A stretch of 64,000 nt of DNA from Octopus bimaculoides (lineage: Eukaryota), in the NCBI RefSeq assembly GCF_001194135.2, contig NC_068982.1, positions 29,470,356 through 29,534,355 of the forward strand, read 5' to 3'. A model generated the notes under the pieces. The model was not told the origin of the DNA and searched no databases. It was given only the letters and a program-made list of their open reading frames with translations. The stretch's first letter is position 1. The number at the start of each line of letters is the position of its first letter. The translations under genes were made by a program, and so were the position numbers. Of the stretch, positions 52,331 through 64,000 are shown piece by piece.

Positions 52331-53222
52331 TAAGATACAATTTAAAAAAAAATGTCTTAGAAAATCACTCTGGGTTGTATATGTAAAGCTGGTTCCCTTG
52401 TAAGCTTTAATGCATTAAACACTTCTTTTTCCTGAATATATACTGTTGGAAAAGGGACACGTCTTTTCTACATGCACATCTTTAATGCCATCAAATATGG
52501 AGCATGAAAGAAACGAATGAATAAACAAGGTAAAATATTAAATATGGCCTAATCATAAAATAGTTCAAGTTTTATACTGATCCACTAACTGACCTATGAT
52601 ATCAGATCCACTTTTACACATGCACTAACCCACTAAGTTTATATATTCAAACCAGACTTTAGTTGTTTGTTTACCAGCTACTTCCAATTTAACTTTGAAA
52701 ATATTAAATCTATGTGGGATAGGTTTCTAACAATTAGTAAAACTTTAAATGTCAACATTCATAGCTTTTGTACAGTTGATGACAAGATTTAATGTGACAA
52801 ATAAGATGGTTTCGAAACAGGAAAGTGTAGAATGATCCTGATTCAATTAAAAACTCTCTTAACTATATTGCCTATATTTTCTTTTTTTTTTTTATTTCTT
52901 TTCTTTTTTTTTCACTCTCTGTTTTGTTGCAAATGTTATCATTATTTTTGTCATCAGCTACAAATTGTATCTGTCCACTCCTATCTGTACCTCTCTAAAT
53001 TTGCCAGTTATAAACAGTTGTTGCTCTAGAGTAATTTAAATATTTCTTCCTTTTTCTTTTTTTTTTGAAACTTAGTTTTAACTCATTTTACAAGAAGATT
53101 TTGCACTTTGCAGGAATTAATATGAATAAATCTTAACTCTTCTCTTCCTTTTCCTTTCCACATTCTTTTCTACTTCACCATCTTTTAACTCCATTCTCTC
53201 ATTTTATATTTTTCTCTGCCTT

Positions 53223-53226
53223 CATT

Positions 53227-53298
<72 letters not shown>

Positions 53299-53300
53299 TC
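53223..53300. repeat. (TTTC)n microsatellite
   Basis: Seen directly. Confidence 0.95.
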
Positions 53301-54782
53301 ACTCCCCCCACCCTCTCTCACAGTATATGTGCTCATTTATTTTCTCAAACCTATAGTTACCAATACATTTCTCATTTTAATTTTATATTAATGTTTACTT
53401 TCTTCCCATCATCTTCCATTTGTTTTCCTTTAACTTTTGTTGGCTGTCTCACTTTAGCTCTCAAGTCTTTTCATTTCCCCTCTTAGAATTCTTTTATTCC
53501 TCTTTAATTCTACATTTCTTTTTCAAGGTCACTTTTATTCATTTTTAGTCAGCTTTGAGAGATTCTTGCCTTCTCAAAAACCACCACTTTTCTTTATCTT
53601 TATCTCTCTTTCAATCACACACACTTCCTTGCATTGTCTTCTCCAAGATCTTTTCCCATGGCACTAAAATAGTTTTGATGTTATTTTTCCATTTTGGTTT
53701 TCTTTGGAAGCAGTCATACTTTGCTTCAAATTTGTTTCCTGTTTTACAATCCCTCTCTTTTTTGTTTTTGTTTTTAGTTTAGTGTTCAAATTTTAATATT
53801 TTTAAAATATATTTTTGTGTATTATTAAAATTTGTATTTTAAACGAGTAGTCATTCTGTGCATTTTATATTATGTATGTATGATATTGTTAATTAAATGA
53901 CTGTAAAACATTAGAAAATATTTTACGGTTGTCTTTGAACATGTTCTCTTTTACTCTTCTACATATTTCAGTCAGTGCCACACTGGAGCACCACTTAGTG
54001 AGTTTAGTCAAACAAATTGACCCTAGGACCAGTTTTAAATCTTATATTTAATCTATTGGTTTCTTTTGCCGAACTACTAAGTTCCAGAGATGTAAGCAAA
54101 TCAACACTAGTTGTCAAGTGGTGGTGGTGGGAGAACAAACACAAACTCACACACATATACATACATATATCATCATCATCTTCATCGCCATCATCACTAT
54201 TTAACATCTGTTTCCCAAGCTGACATGAAGTGAATGGTTTAACAGGAGTTGGCAAGCCAAAGAACTGTGTCCAGCGCCAGTATCTGTTTAAGGTTTCTAT
54301 GGATGGACGTCATTCTTTTTGCCAATCTCTTTAGAAAGTGTACTCTGTGCCTTTTATGTAGCATGGCACCAGTGAGGTCAGCAAATAACTCACAAGACAG
54401 GATACCTAAACTGATGGGGGTGCAATATTGAGGAAGGTGGTTTAATATCAGGTGATGGGACGTTAAGGTATGATAAAGGGATAGGAACAGGTGTCTTACT
54501 CTAGGGAAAATATTATATACATACACATTAATGATGAACAATGAGAATGAGTGCTCAACATCACATTGATGGATAAAGATTGTTTATTTGTGGATTAAAG
54601 CTACCATTGGTTTCATGTAAGGAAGCCCTCAACAATTATCAAGCTTATCACATGGAACATCTGTGTTTGTCTCTATTTTGAATTAAAATACTATATATGT
54701 ATATGTGTGTGTATATAAATGTGACTGCATGTGTATCGTTGTCGATTTTCTTTTTCTGTCTACCCTTCCTTGGACTTTTGCT

Positions 54783-54855
54783 ATATTTCTGATGAAGAAC
54801 TTCGCTCGAAACATGAAATCCTCTTTCTTTTCTTTCCTTTCCTGAGCGTCCGATC
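54783..54855 (+). ncRNA. Degenerate type I hammerhead-like motif in a probable Penelope terminal-repeat remnant (about 54600-54935)
   Basis: CTGATGA 54789-54795; stem II GAAC/GCTC (one mismatch); GAAAC 54808-54812; GAGCGTC 54844-54850 as stem III partner with GTC triplet; stem I not intact. Confidence 0.4.
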
Positions 54856-55188
54856 ACACTGTACTTATTCCACGTCCTCACATTGTTGTTTTTCATGTTT
54901 TTTCTTGCTTGTTCATGTTTGGATTGACTATATATACATATATATATATATATATGACAGTCTTCTCACAGTTTATCTCTGCCAAATTAGCTGACAAGGC
55001 ATTAGTTGGTGTGCGGTTAGATCAGAAGATACCCAAAATGCCATGCAGTGAGTCTGCACCCAAAACCACATAGTTACAAAGCAAACTTCTTAACCATGTA
55101 AAATTTATAACATGTACATTACTAAATGTGTAAATATAAAGCTTCATATATTCATTTTTTTGTTTTTGTGTCATAGAGTATTACTTAC

Positions 55189-55246
55189 TCCAGCACGAAG
55201 AAAGTTGTTGATAAAACAAAATATTCATACAAAAGCCTTTGTTACT
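55189..55246 (-). other. Candidate 58-nt exon (5' UTR or coding)
   Basis: Acceptor GTTTTCTCTGTAG|; donor GGA|GTAAGT; one open frame, SNKGFCMNILFYQQLSSCW; unique sequence. Confidence 0.25.
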
Positions 55247-55547
55247 CTACAGAGAAAACTTAATCACTGGGGAAAATAAAGGCAACTTTTTACATCATGT
55301 GGTTAGAATTTTTTACAGAAAATTATCCCAAGGCTGAGTTTTTAAGCTGAGCCAACTAATAGTAGACATAGAGATAGATCAAGAGTGAGATGATTGGATA
55401 ATATCAATAGCCTCAAGTGATTATGCCTGGGAATCCAGCAGGAGAGTGTAATGATAGTTGCTTCTGATAAGACCCTTTGAAGAAGGTGCCTTAGGATTCT
55501 GATCCCAGAACCCTCCCAAGAATAGTGGACAATGAAGATGGATAGAT

Positions 55548-55591
<44 letters not shown>

Positions 55592-55616
55592 TATAAAAAT
55601 TGTATCAACTGCCTTG

Positions 55617-55955
55617 TGAAGGCGCATGACTCAGTGGTTAGAGCGTCGAGCTTACAATCGTGAGGTTGTGAGTTCGAATCCCGAACTGGGCTACGTGTTG
55701 TGTTCTTGAGCAAGACACTTTATTTCACGTTACTGCAGTTCGCGCAGCTGTAAAAATGAGTTGCGACGTCACAGGTGCCAAGATGTATCAGTCTTTGCCT
55801 CTCCCTTGGATAGCATCGGTGGCATGGAGAGGGGAGGCCGGTATGCATGGGCGACTGACTGCTGGTCTTCCATAAACAACCTTGCCTGGACTTGTGCCTG
55901 GGAGGATAACTTTCTAGGTGCAATCCCATGGTCAGTCATGACCGAAGGGGGTCTC
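55617..55955 (+). mobile_element. tRNA-derived SINE family B, full length
   Basis: A-box TGACTCAGTGG; B-box GAGTTCGAATCCC; flanking AACTGCCT duplication. Confidence 0.9.
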
Positions 55956-56199
55956 AGCATTAACTGCCTCTACTGTGTCTAAAACCAAATTGACTCCCCC
56001 CTGTTGCTTCTTCAGTTTCATTTTGCTTTCTTTCAAGGATTCCACAGAACACATTTTCTGGTATTGATAAGAAAGAAATTCACCAGTAGGTTTTCAAGTT
56101 TTTGTTTGAGACCTTCTTTTCTTCATATATTAGTATCACTCACATAGAGATTCAGATGCTTTTTATACCTTATCTCTCTTCCATATTATGTTAAATAAT

Positions 56200-57030
56200 A
56201 TTTGCATCATATGAACAATGGTCTCTCTTTATGCTTTGAGTACTTCAGCACTGATGGTATCTACACCAGTAAAAGCAACATCCAGAGCTTTTACACTTCA
56301 ACTGTAAGAATACATTTGATGTGACCTGGTTGAAGGCCTTATGGAAAATAATGGCAATAAGTATATAACTAAAGCAATAAGTGTAGACCCCGAAATAGTT
56401 TGAATTATAGAGGAGATAATGGATGATCAGCTGATGGATTGGTTTGAAGTACGAGCAAGTCTAAGATAAGTTTACCTGCTCCCCGTAACACTTTTCAAAA
56501 TCTTTCTGGAATTTCTCATTAAAGAAATGAAAAACATGGATAAAAGCCAGGCACACATTGATGTTCTTCCCATTGGTGCTAAATATTCTGACAACATGAT
56601 TCTTACATCCATGATCTTTCACAATTTGAAAATATCCACTGAACAGACAGACAATTCCCTTTAAATATGGGACATAAAAATAATTAGCTGAAAGTGCATG
56701 ATCTTGTCAATAGCATGGAAATGTTCACATTGAATCTAAAAGTTTAAAGTTGAACGTGTCACAGCGGTTTGTATTTCTTGGCAGTATATTATATAATGGA
56801 AAAGATGTTAAAATAAAATCCTTGTTGGTATCTATCATTTGGAAGACTAAGAAACAAAGTCTGGAAGAAGTGGGGATATAAACCAATGGCTCAAAGTACA
56901 TTACTCTTATTTTCCTAATTGCAACCGATGCCTCAGAAATGTGGACTTCAAAATCTGATGATACACCCAGTCTAGAAGTTTTTGAAATGCAGTGTTTATA
57001 ATCTATATTTGGGATATCATAACAAGGTAG
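56200..57030 (+). mobile_element. Decayed RTE-clade reverse transcriptase
   Basis: KNTFD...ALWKIMA; DWFEVRASLR..LLPVTLFKIFLE; KYSDNMIL (the YADD position); FVFLGS; SEMWT...LEVFEMQCL..IFGIS. Confidence 0.7.
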
Positions 57031-58150
57031 CAAAAGGAATCATTTTTTCCCCCTCTCGTTCTTCCTCTTTACTACCACGTATCTCGCTTTACCCCTCTCG
57101 TTCTTCCTCTGTTACTTCTACGTATCTCTTTTTCCCCCCTCGTACTTCCTCTCTTTCTCTTTTCCTCTCGTTGCTCACCTATTCTTCTACTTCCTCCCTT
57201 TGTTTCTTCCTCTACCACTCTCTCTCTCTTCCCCTTACACCGGCATGGTCACATGCTTCCGGTCAATAATCCTTTTCTTCCTTGGCTATCGCTGAGCAAA
57301 CATGCGTAACTACTTCGTCCCTTTCAAGTTCATGCCTCACAGCGTTCATACACAAATAATTTTTCTCGTCTGGCCGTAAANNNNNNNNNNNNNNNNNNNN
57401 NNNNNNNNNNNNNNNNNNNNNNNNNNNNNNNNNNNNNNNNNNNNNNNNNNNNNNNNNNNNNNNNNNNNNNNNNNNNNNNNNNNNNNNNNNNNNNNNNNNN
57501 NNNNNNNNNNNNNNNNNNNNNNNNNNNNNNNNNNNNNNNNNNNNNNNNNNNNNNNNNNNNNNNNNNNNNNNNNNNNNNNNNNNNNNNNNNNNNNNNNNNN
57601 NNNNNNNNNNNNNNNNNNNNNNNNNNNNNNNNNNNNNNNNNNNNNNNNNNNNNNNNNNNNNNNNNNNNNNNNNNNNNNNNNNNNNNNNNNNNNNNNNNNN
57701 NNNNNNNNNNNNNNNNNNNNNNNNNNNNNNNNNNNNNNNNNNNNNNNNNNNNNNNNNNNNNNNNNNNNNNNNNNNNNNNNNNNNNNNNNNNNNNNNNNNN
57801 NNNNNNNNNNNNNNNNNNNNNNNNNNNNNNNNNNNNNNNNNNNNNNNNNNNNNNNNNNNNNNNNNNNNNNNNNNNNNNNNNNNNNNNNNNNNNNNNNNNN
57901 NNNNNNNNNNNNNNNNNNNNNNNNNNNNNNNNNNNNNNNNNNNNNNNNNNNNNNNNNNNNNNNNNNNNNNNNNNNNNNNNNNNNNNNNNNNNNNNNNNNN
58001 NNNNNNNNNNNNNNNNNNNNNNNNNNNNNNNNNNNNNNNNNNNNNNNNNNNNNNNNNNNNNNNNNNNNNNNNNNNNNNNNNNNNNNNNNNNNNNNNNNNN
58101 NNNNNNNNNNNNNNNNNNNNNNNNNNNNNNNNNNNNNNNNNNNNNNNNNN

Positions 58151-58460
58151 TCTGTCTTTATGCTTTGCTCTCTTCACGTTCCTTGCATGGCTCTTCTCCT
58201 GCACCTGATATAGTCCAATCAAGAGTTTTGATGGCACATCTGGTGTATAAGAGAATTTGACATCGCTGCCCTAAACTGTGTCTCATTTCGAGCCATTGGT
58301 TCGTCTGGTATCGTGGAGAGGAAAGCGTCGAGTTTTGTCTTGAAGACCTCCACATCCGTGTCTTGCAGGTCTCTCAAATGTTTTGGCAGGGCATTGAAGA
58401 GCTGAGGTCCTCTGAAACCGAGGCTGCTGCAGTATCTTGTTCTTATGTGAGATGCAGTGG
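58151..58460 (-). mobile_element. CR1/L2-like LINE 3' end
   Basis: RTRYCSSLGFRGPQLFNALPKHLRDL...VFKTKLDAFLSTIPDEP...AAMSNSLIHQ. Confidence 0.8.
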
Positions 58461-59634
58461 ACGGCACCTTATATATATATATTTTGCTTATATATATATA
58501 TTTTGCTTAGAAATGGTGATGCTAATGACTTGGTGTAAGAACTCAAAATATGCTTCAGAGAAAAGTGTTAGTCTAGTACATGTGTATATATGTATATATA
58601 TATATATATATACATATATATAGTGAGTAAAGCAGCTATTTTTAAATCTCTGAATGAGATCTAAGTAGTAACACGACTGTGTAGTAAAATCTATTTGCTA
58701 ACGTACAGTGCCAATCCTGCATTGGACCATGTTACTTCCTTTTAACCCCAGGAAAATATCTTTTCCAGTTAGTTATCGACTCATGATCTGTGTCTGAAAT
58801 ATACTGTGAGCAAGGGAGCATACTACTCCCTCCTAGCCACTAGCAGTACCAACAGACCAATGGTTTCTGGGTAATTTCCTCGCCCTCGGCACTGGATAGT
58901 CACCAACTAGAGATCGCAGCTAACTCAACCCTACTCACAGTATATAAATATAGAAGTGACAGACAGTTACTGATCTCATAATGAGTAAAATAGCTAGTTT
59001 TAAATCTCTGAATGAACTCTAAGTAGTTACGATACTGAATATATGTGTGTGCGTGTGTGCATGTGTGAGATATATCTATATATATAATATATATATATAT
59101 ATATCATATATACATACTATAGATATATATGTGTGTGTGTGTGCATATATATGAATATATATATATATATATCATATATACATACTATAGATATATATGT
59201 GTGTGTNNNNNNNNNNNNNNNNNNNNNNNNTATATATATATATATATATATGTATATATGTGTGTATGTATACATACACACATATAACATATGCTATACA
59301 TATGCACATATACATATTTATGTTATAAGTAATTAAATCCTTTTGATTCTGGTTGGTTATGCACACTCAGTCTTCTTTGTCAGCAACTTCCTGTGTAGCA
59401 AAGTAATGGTTCCCAAAGCAAAAGTGAGACAAATAATAAAAAAAATATGGATAGAGACTGTATAAAAGTAACAACCACAAGACCAGTGAGACATTAGGAT
59501 AGGATACGTTGGATATAATGAAGTGTGAAAGAAATAAGCAACTTTCATCTTCTCACATTCAAAGTTGGCAGCAGCAGACCAATGAGGGCCAGTAGTGTAA
59601 GTAGTAACATACAGTATGCTGTGCTAAAAAGCAT

Positions 59635-59648
59635 CATCATCATCATCG

Positions 59649-59701
<53 letters not shown>

Positions 59702-60085
59702 GGCATTTAACATCCGTTTTCCATGCGAGCATTGGTTGGACAGTTTGACAGCAGCTTGTAAGGCCAAGGGCTGCACCAGGCTCCATTGTATGTTTGTGCA
59801 TGGTTTCTTGGCCGGATGCCCTTCCTAACACCAACCACTTTACAGAGTGTACTAAGTAGGTTTTTTTTTTTTTGTGACACCATCACTGGTGCTCATAGCA
59901 CCAGCCCCAGTGCTTTTTATGTGGAACCAGCACCAGTGCCTTTTATGTTTTACCAGCACCAGTGCTTTTTATGTGGTACCAGGCTCCAATCTGATCTGGC
60001 AGAGTTTCTACAGCTGAATGCCCTTCCTAATGCCAACCACTCCAAGAGTGTAGTGGATGCTTTTACGTGCCACCGGCATGAGCAC
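59635..60085 (-). mobile_element. RTE-type tail element(s) with a long (CAT)n and a ~24-nt internal minisatellite
   Basis: (CAT)n 59635-59700; repeats of CCAGCACCAGTGCTTTTTATGT at 59890-59980; a second tail fragment follows. Confidence 0.7.
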
Positions 60086-61318
60086 CTTCCATAGTAACAG
60101 GAACAGGGAATGTTTTAGTAAATGAAGCAGTAGTTGTGATAACATGTCCCACTTGTTGTGACTGCATTCTTTGCTGAAATGTCATGGTCTTCATTGATTA
60201 CTAAAAGCCAAAGCTTCTTGGAACCACAGACAGTGTATCTTTCATAGCATCAATGGTGGCATCATACATCTGGGATGATGAAATGTCATCACTTTCACAG
60301 CTTCAGACACCCTGAATGTGTATTATAAGCTGGAGTAGTAGTGCATTAGCAGTCTTTTGTATGAATGTATCTTTTCTTCAGATGACATAAAGATGAAGTT
60401 GTTGTCATCATTGATCAGTAATGGACAAGCACGATGAATTTGTGCATCTGTTTTCATCATCATTATCATCAACATTTACTGTTTGTTTTCCATTCTGGCA
60501 TGGGTTGGATGGTTTGGTAAGAATTGACAAGGCTAGAGGCCACACCAAGTTCCATTGTCTGTTTTGGTTTAGTTTCCTAATGCCATCCACTTTACAAAGT
60601 GTGTACTGAGTGCTTTTATGTGGCACCATCACTAGTGCATTTTACATGGCCAGAGCACCCACAGTAACGCTTTTTACATGACACCTTGGTTTTAGGATTT
60701 CAATTCTGTTGTCGTGGGAGGTTCTTTCTCTTATTCATTTATCTATTTATATTATGTCCATGGTAGTTATTTTGTTATCTTTTGTGATGGATGAACTGTC
60801 ATATATCTTAGTATACACACTTACACACACACATGCATATAATTACTTCTACCTAAGGCTTTTCCTTTACCCTTGTAGCAGCTTACTATAATGCTGCTAT
60901 ATCATTTATTAGGGGTGACACATACCTGAATAGGGGCGATACGTTCCTGATTCTGTTCCTAATTAACTGGGCTAAAACAATTTCTGGTCCAGCAATTTGA
61001 TCCCTCTATAATTACTTCTACCTAAGGCTTTTTCTTTACCCTTGTAGCAGCTTACTATAATGCTGCTATATCTTTCATTAGGGGTGATACATTCCTGAAT
61101 AACCTGATTTTACAGGATAATTGTAAATGAGTGTCATTGTCTTGCAAGCAGTATCCTTCATTCTTGATCTTCCATGAAAACACATCTTAACATGAGGAAA
61201 TATCTCACTTAGAAACAGTGGAGAGTTGGCAACAGGAAGGACATCTGATTGTAGAAATCTGCCTCAAAAAGAGATTCCATCTGACCCATTGGATCTCTCT
61301 CTCTCTCTTCCCTTTCTG

Positions 61319-61394
<76 letters not shown>

Positions 61395-61423
61395 CCTACC
61401 TACCTAGATACCTACCTACCTAC

Positions 61424-61490
<67 letters not shown>

Positions 61491-63130
61491 AACAAACAAA
61501 ATGTAAATGGCTAAGATTTTTGAAGTAGAAACTGTATATGAATATATAAAACATCTAAAGATGCAGCTGAAGTCAGAAGGTAGGAGTTTATTGGGTTTTT
61601 TTCTTTTTCTCTATCGTAATTCACACATGTAGATATTATATATATTTATATATAATTATATATGAAAGCATGTACACATGTGTGCATGTGAATGCATGTT
61701 TATGTGTGTGTGTGTGTGCATGCATGCATGCATGTGGCGTGGCTTGTGTTAACCATGTCTAAGTAAGAATGGAAACTGAGGCAAAATGACCTGCGTAAAT
61801 CTAGTATTAAAAGAAAGGCTAACAGTAATAAAATGCATGAGATTGCATTACAAAAGGAAATAATAGATGCAGTTATTTTATTCTCTCTGCTATGAGCAAG
61901 AATTCTTATTTGAAAGATGAACATATTGTTTTACAGGAGACCTTTTGTGTGTCTAGGAAGCAGGTGGTAGGAGTCAACATGGGGTTTAATATTGTAGTGT
62001 TTATTATTAGTTCTGAAGGAATTAAAAGGACAAAACCTCATAAAGTGTCGAATGATAAATCAACAAGAGGGGACTGCAAGTATGTCAAAGCAAGAATTAG
62101 ATGAGATTTGATGACTGGCATTCCATGAAATTCTGAAATCCAATCCTAACATAACTGCTTTTGGTCTCTGATTTTCTTCCGAGCTCAAGAAAATATTCAC
62201 TGGTAATATAAGGAGGCAAATGGCATAAAGGAAGGGAAAATAACAATACCATTATATAAGGTTTTATTTGGGTACAAAGGCTACTTTTGGAGATTAATGT
62301 TTGTGTTCCAAATTGAAAATTTTGATATAAGCATTTGAATAACATATAGGTAGCTATATTCTTTTACAACTCACTACAGATGGCTGTCAAATAGATGAAG
62401 CCATTATATTTTCTACAATTTTTCAGAAACTTCCAGATTTAATTTCTTTTTCAAGAACAGAAAATACTGAACAATTTCTGATCCTCTACAAGACACAACC
62501 ATGACCTACACTAGATTATTGTCGATATTTAATTATTATAATAGTAACAATGCCTGATGCAGTACCAGGCAGTGGCTCTCATGGCTTCTGATCTTAATTG
62601 ATTGGAAGTGTTATCATGTACGTTGTTTTGTCTTTGTATAAAAGATGGGCTACAGCAAATATTCTGCTCAATACCACAGATTTGCTTGTCAGTTGTTTGA
62701 CCTTAACCAGTTGAGCATGTCCCTTGGTGGCTGACGATATGTGCATTTCTGATCACAAGCAGAAGTAGTGGGGGAGCATCATAGCCATGTGTTGAGAGGA
62801 GTTCTTTGGGGTTTGAATAATTCACCTTTGGAAACATAGGTGTTTTGCTCAGCATCCTTAAACAAACCTTATTCAGGGACTTTTTGAGCAGGATGGGCTA
62901 CTCGACCTGAAAAAAATTCTAACTGGGTCCCACCTTCAAGGTCATGCACTGTTTATCTTGATATGAGATCACCATGTCGCGCACATATGGTTGTGATGCA
63001 TGTGCCTGGTGTACCCTTATCAGACGGGTAGTCATGATGGGTATATTGGGCTTTGTATATTTTACCCCAGTGTCATTTTGATGGCATGCACTGCACTCTC
63101 ACTCAATAATAATAATAATAATAATGATAA

Positions 63131-63480
63131 CATATCATCATGAAAGAAAGAGAAAAAGTTGATGAATATGGAGACCTGAGAACTGAGATAGCTAAGATGT
63201 GGCAGCTACGAAAGTCGAACATGAAGGTTATCCCTATTGCCATCGGAGCATTGGATTCAATACCATCCAATCTGAAAAAAAAAACATCTGAAAACCTTAG
63301 AAATACCCTACAATCTAGGTGTATTGCAAAAGTCGGCATCACTTGGAACTACATGCATACTGCGTAAAGTTCTGTCTGTCAGAGGTCTTTGTTGTGACTT
63401 GACAAACAGTACAAACCCCACAGTAGATACAATATATTCAATCAACAACCTCACCATATTGTATACTGTGCAACATCTAC
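63131..63480 (+). mobile_element. R4/Dong-like RLE 3' end flanked by (AAT)n on both sides
   Basis: MKEREKVDEYGDLRTEIAKMW...VIPIAIGALDSIP...LQKSASLGTTCILRKVLSV (one frameshift); (AAT)n at 63104-63128 and 63478-63635. Confidence 0.8.
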
Positions 63481-63487
63481 AATAATG

Positions 63488-63520
<33 letters not shown>

Positions 63521-63543
63521 TTAATAATAATAATAATAATAAT

Positions 63544-63599
<56 letters not shown>

Positions 63600-63649
63600 T
63601 GATAATAATAATAAAAATTATTAATAATTATAATAATGTTTTGCAATTT

Positions 63650-63820
63650 TAGCAGAAAGCTCAGGGGAGAGAGTAAGTTGATTACTTAACCCCCAGTACT
63701 CAACTGGTACTTATTTTATTGACTCTGAAAGGATGAAAGGCAAAGTTGATCTCAGCAGTGTTTGAACTCAGGACATATAGAGCTGAAAGAAACGTTACTG
63801 GGTATTTGACCTTATGTGCT
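63650..63820 (-). mobile_element. SINE family C
   Basis: GAAAGGATGAAAGGCAAAGTTGATCTC...TTTGAACTCAG. Confidence 0.65.
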
Positions 63821-64000
63821 AATGATAAAAAAAGGAGATGTTAGTGTATACAGTGCTCGAGAGTACAACTCAATAGAAAAGAGTAAAAGAAGGGATAAAA
63901 AGCAGCAATAAGTCAGGCAAAGAAAGATAACAATGGTAACTAACAGTACATGCACAGTACACAAGATAAAACAACAGCAACAAGAAAAAAAGACTGATAA

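Larger units (their letters stand above)
12975..59230. other. Assembly gaps (N): 12975-13473, 17452-18387, 19706-20371, 34876-34923, 35161-35170, 41557-41791, 46886-47537, 57381-58150, 59207-59230
   Basis: N runs, mostly bordered by microsatellites or young repeats; they generate the long X-filled ORFs. Confidence 0.99.

Noticed and set aside
54597-54640. Minus-strand GAAACCAATGGTA hairpin preceded by TTGAGGG, a possible further hammerhead
   Set aside because: Two core positions deviate from CUGANGA, and stems I and II do not pair convincingly.
5277-55700. tRNA-like A/B boxes at 5277, 45768 and 55617
   Set aside because: They are SINE heads: no complete cloverleaf, followed by SINE bodies, some with TSDs.
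56248-56302. Plus-strand exon-like segment with AG/GT borders
   Set aside because: Falls inside the RTE reverse-transcriptase remnant.
12707-58237. Long ORFs of 170-519 aa in the supplied track
   Set aside because: They consist of X from N gaps plus microsatellite translations (YI, HT, CV, LSIY), not genes.
59085-59206. Duplicated TA-rich block next to a gap
   Set aside because: Likely simple-repeat slippage or a contig-end overlap artefact.
60130-60330. Peptide-like minus frames (YDATIDAMKDTLSVVPRSF...)
   Set aside because: Interrupted by stops, with no splice context or recognisable motif.
62545-63103. GC-richer ~560-bp block upstream of the last RLE fragment
   Set aside because: Probably a dispersed repeat, but it is single-copy in this window with no diagnostic motif, so it cannot be classified.
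1-64000. CRISPR array, rRNA or prokaryotic operon
   Set aside because: No regular repeat-spacer array, no rRNA-like conserved blocks and no dense coding sequence; the content is eukaryotic.

Overview
AT-rich, microsatellite-dense animal genomic DNA with nine N gaps. The repeat landscape (tRNA-derived SINEs with internal microsatellites, RTE-type 3' tails ending in GTTAAA(CGAT)(GAT)n, R4/Dong-like pieces in (AAT)n) looks like a coleoid cephalopod, probably Octopus; this is inferred from pattern recognition only. Nearly all ORFs in the supplied track are artefacts of microsatellites, N gaps or decayed transposons. One host coding exon is well supported: 2273-2420 (-), encoding a coiled-coil segment I cannot assign to a gene. 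A phase-compatible candidate first coding exon lies at 22048-22132 (-), so most of the window is probably intronic or upstream sequence. The rest is layered mobile DNA: a Chapaev-3-like transposase relic, three mariner derivatives, hAT- and piggyBac-like MITEs, Penelope-like, RTE, CR1-like, Tx1/L1-like and R4/Dong-like retroelements, and at least four SINE families. The most unusual signals are: four dispersed, decayed minimal hammerhead-ribozyme-like motifs, all on the + strand; two microsatellite-associated retroelement patterns ((AAT)n stacks of RLE elements, and Tx1-like copies joined to (CTAT)n); a 140-bp apparent templated insertion; and several inverted-repeat pairs that could form dsRNA. 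No CRISPR array, rRNA or genuine tRNA gene was seen. Boundaries of decayed repeats are approximate.
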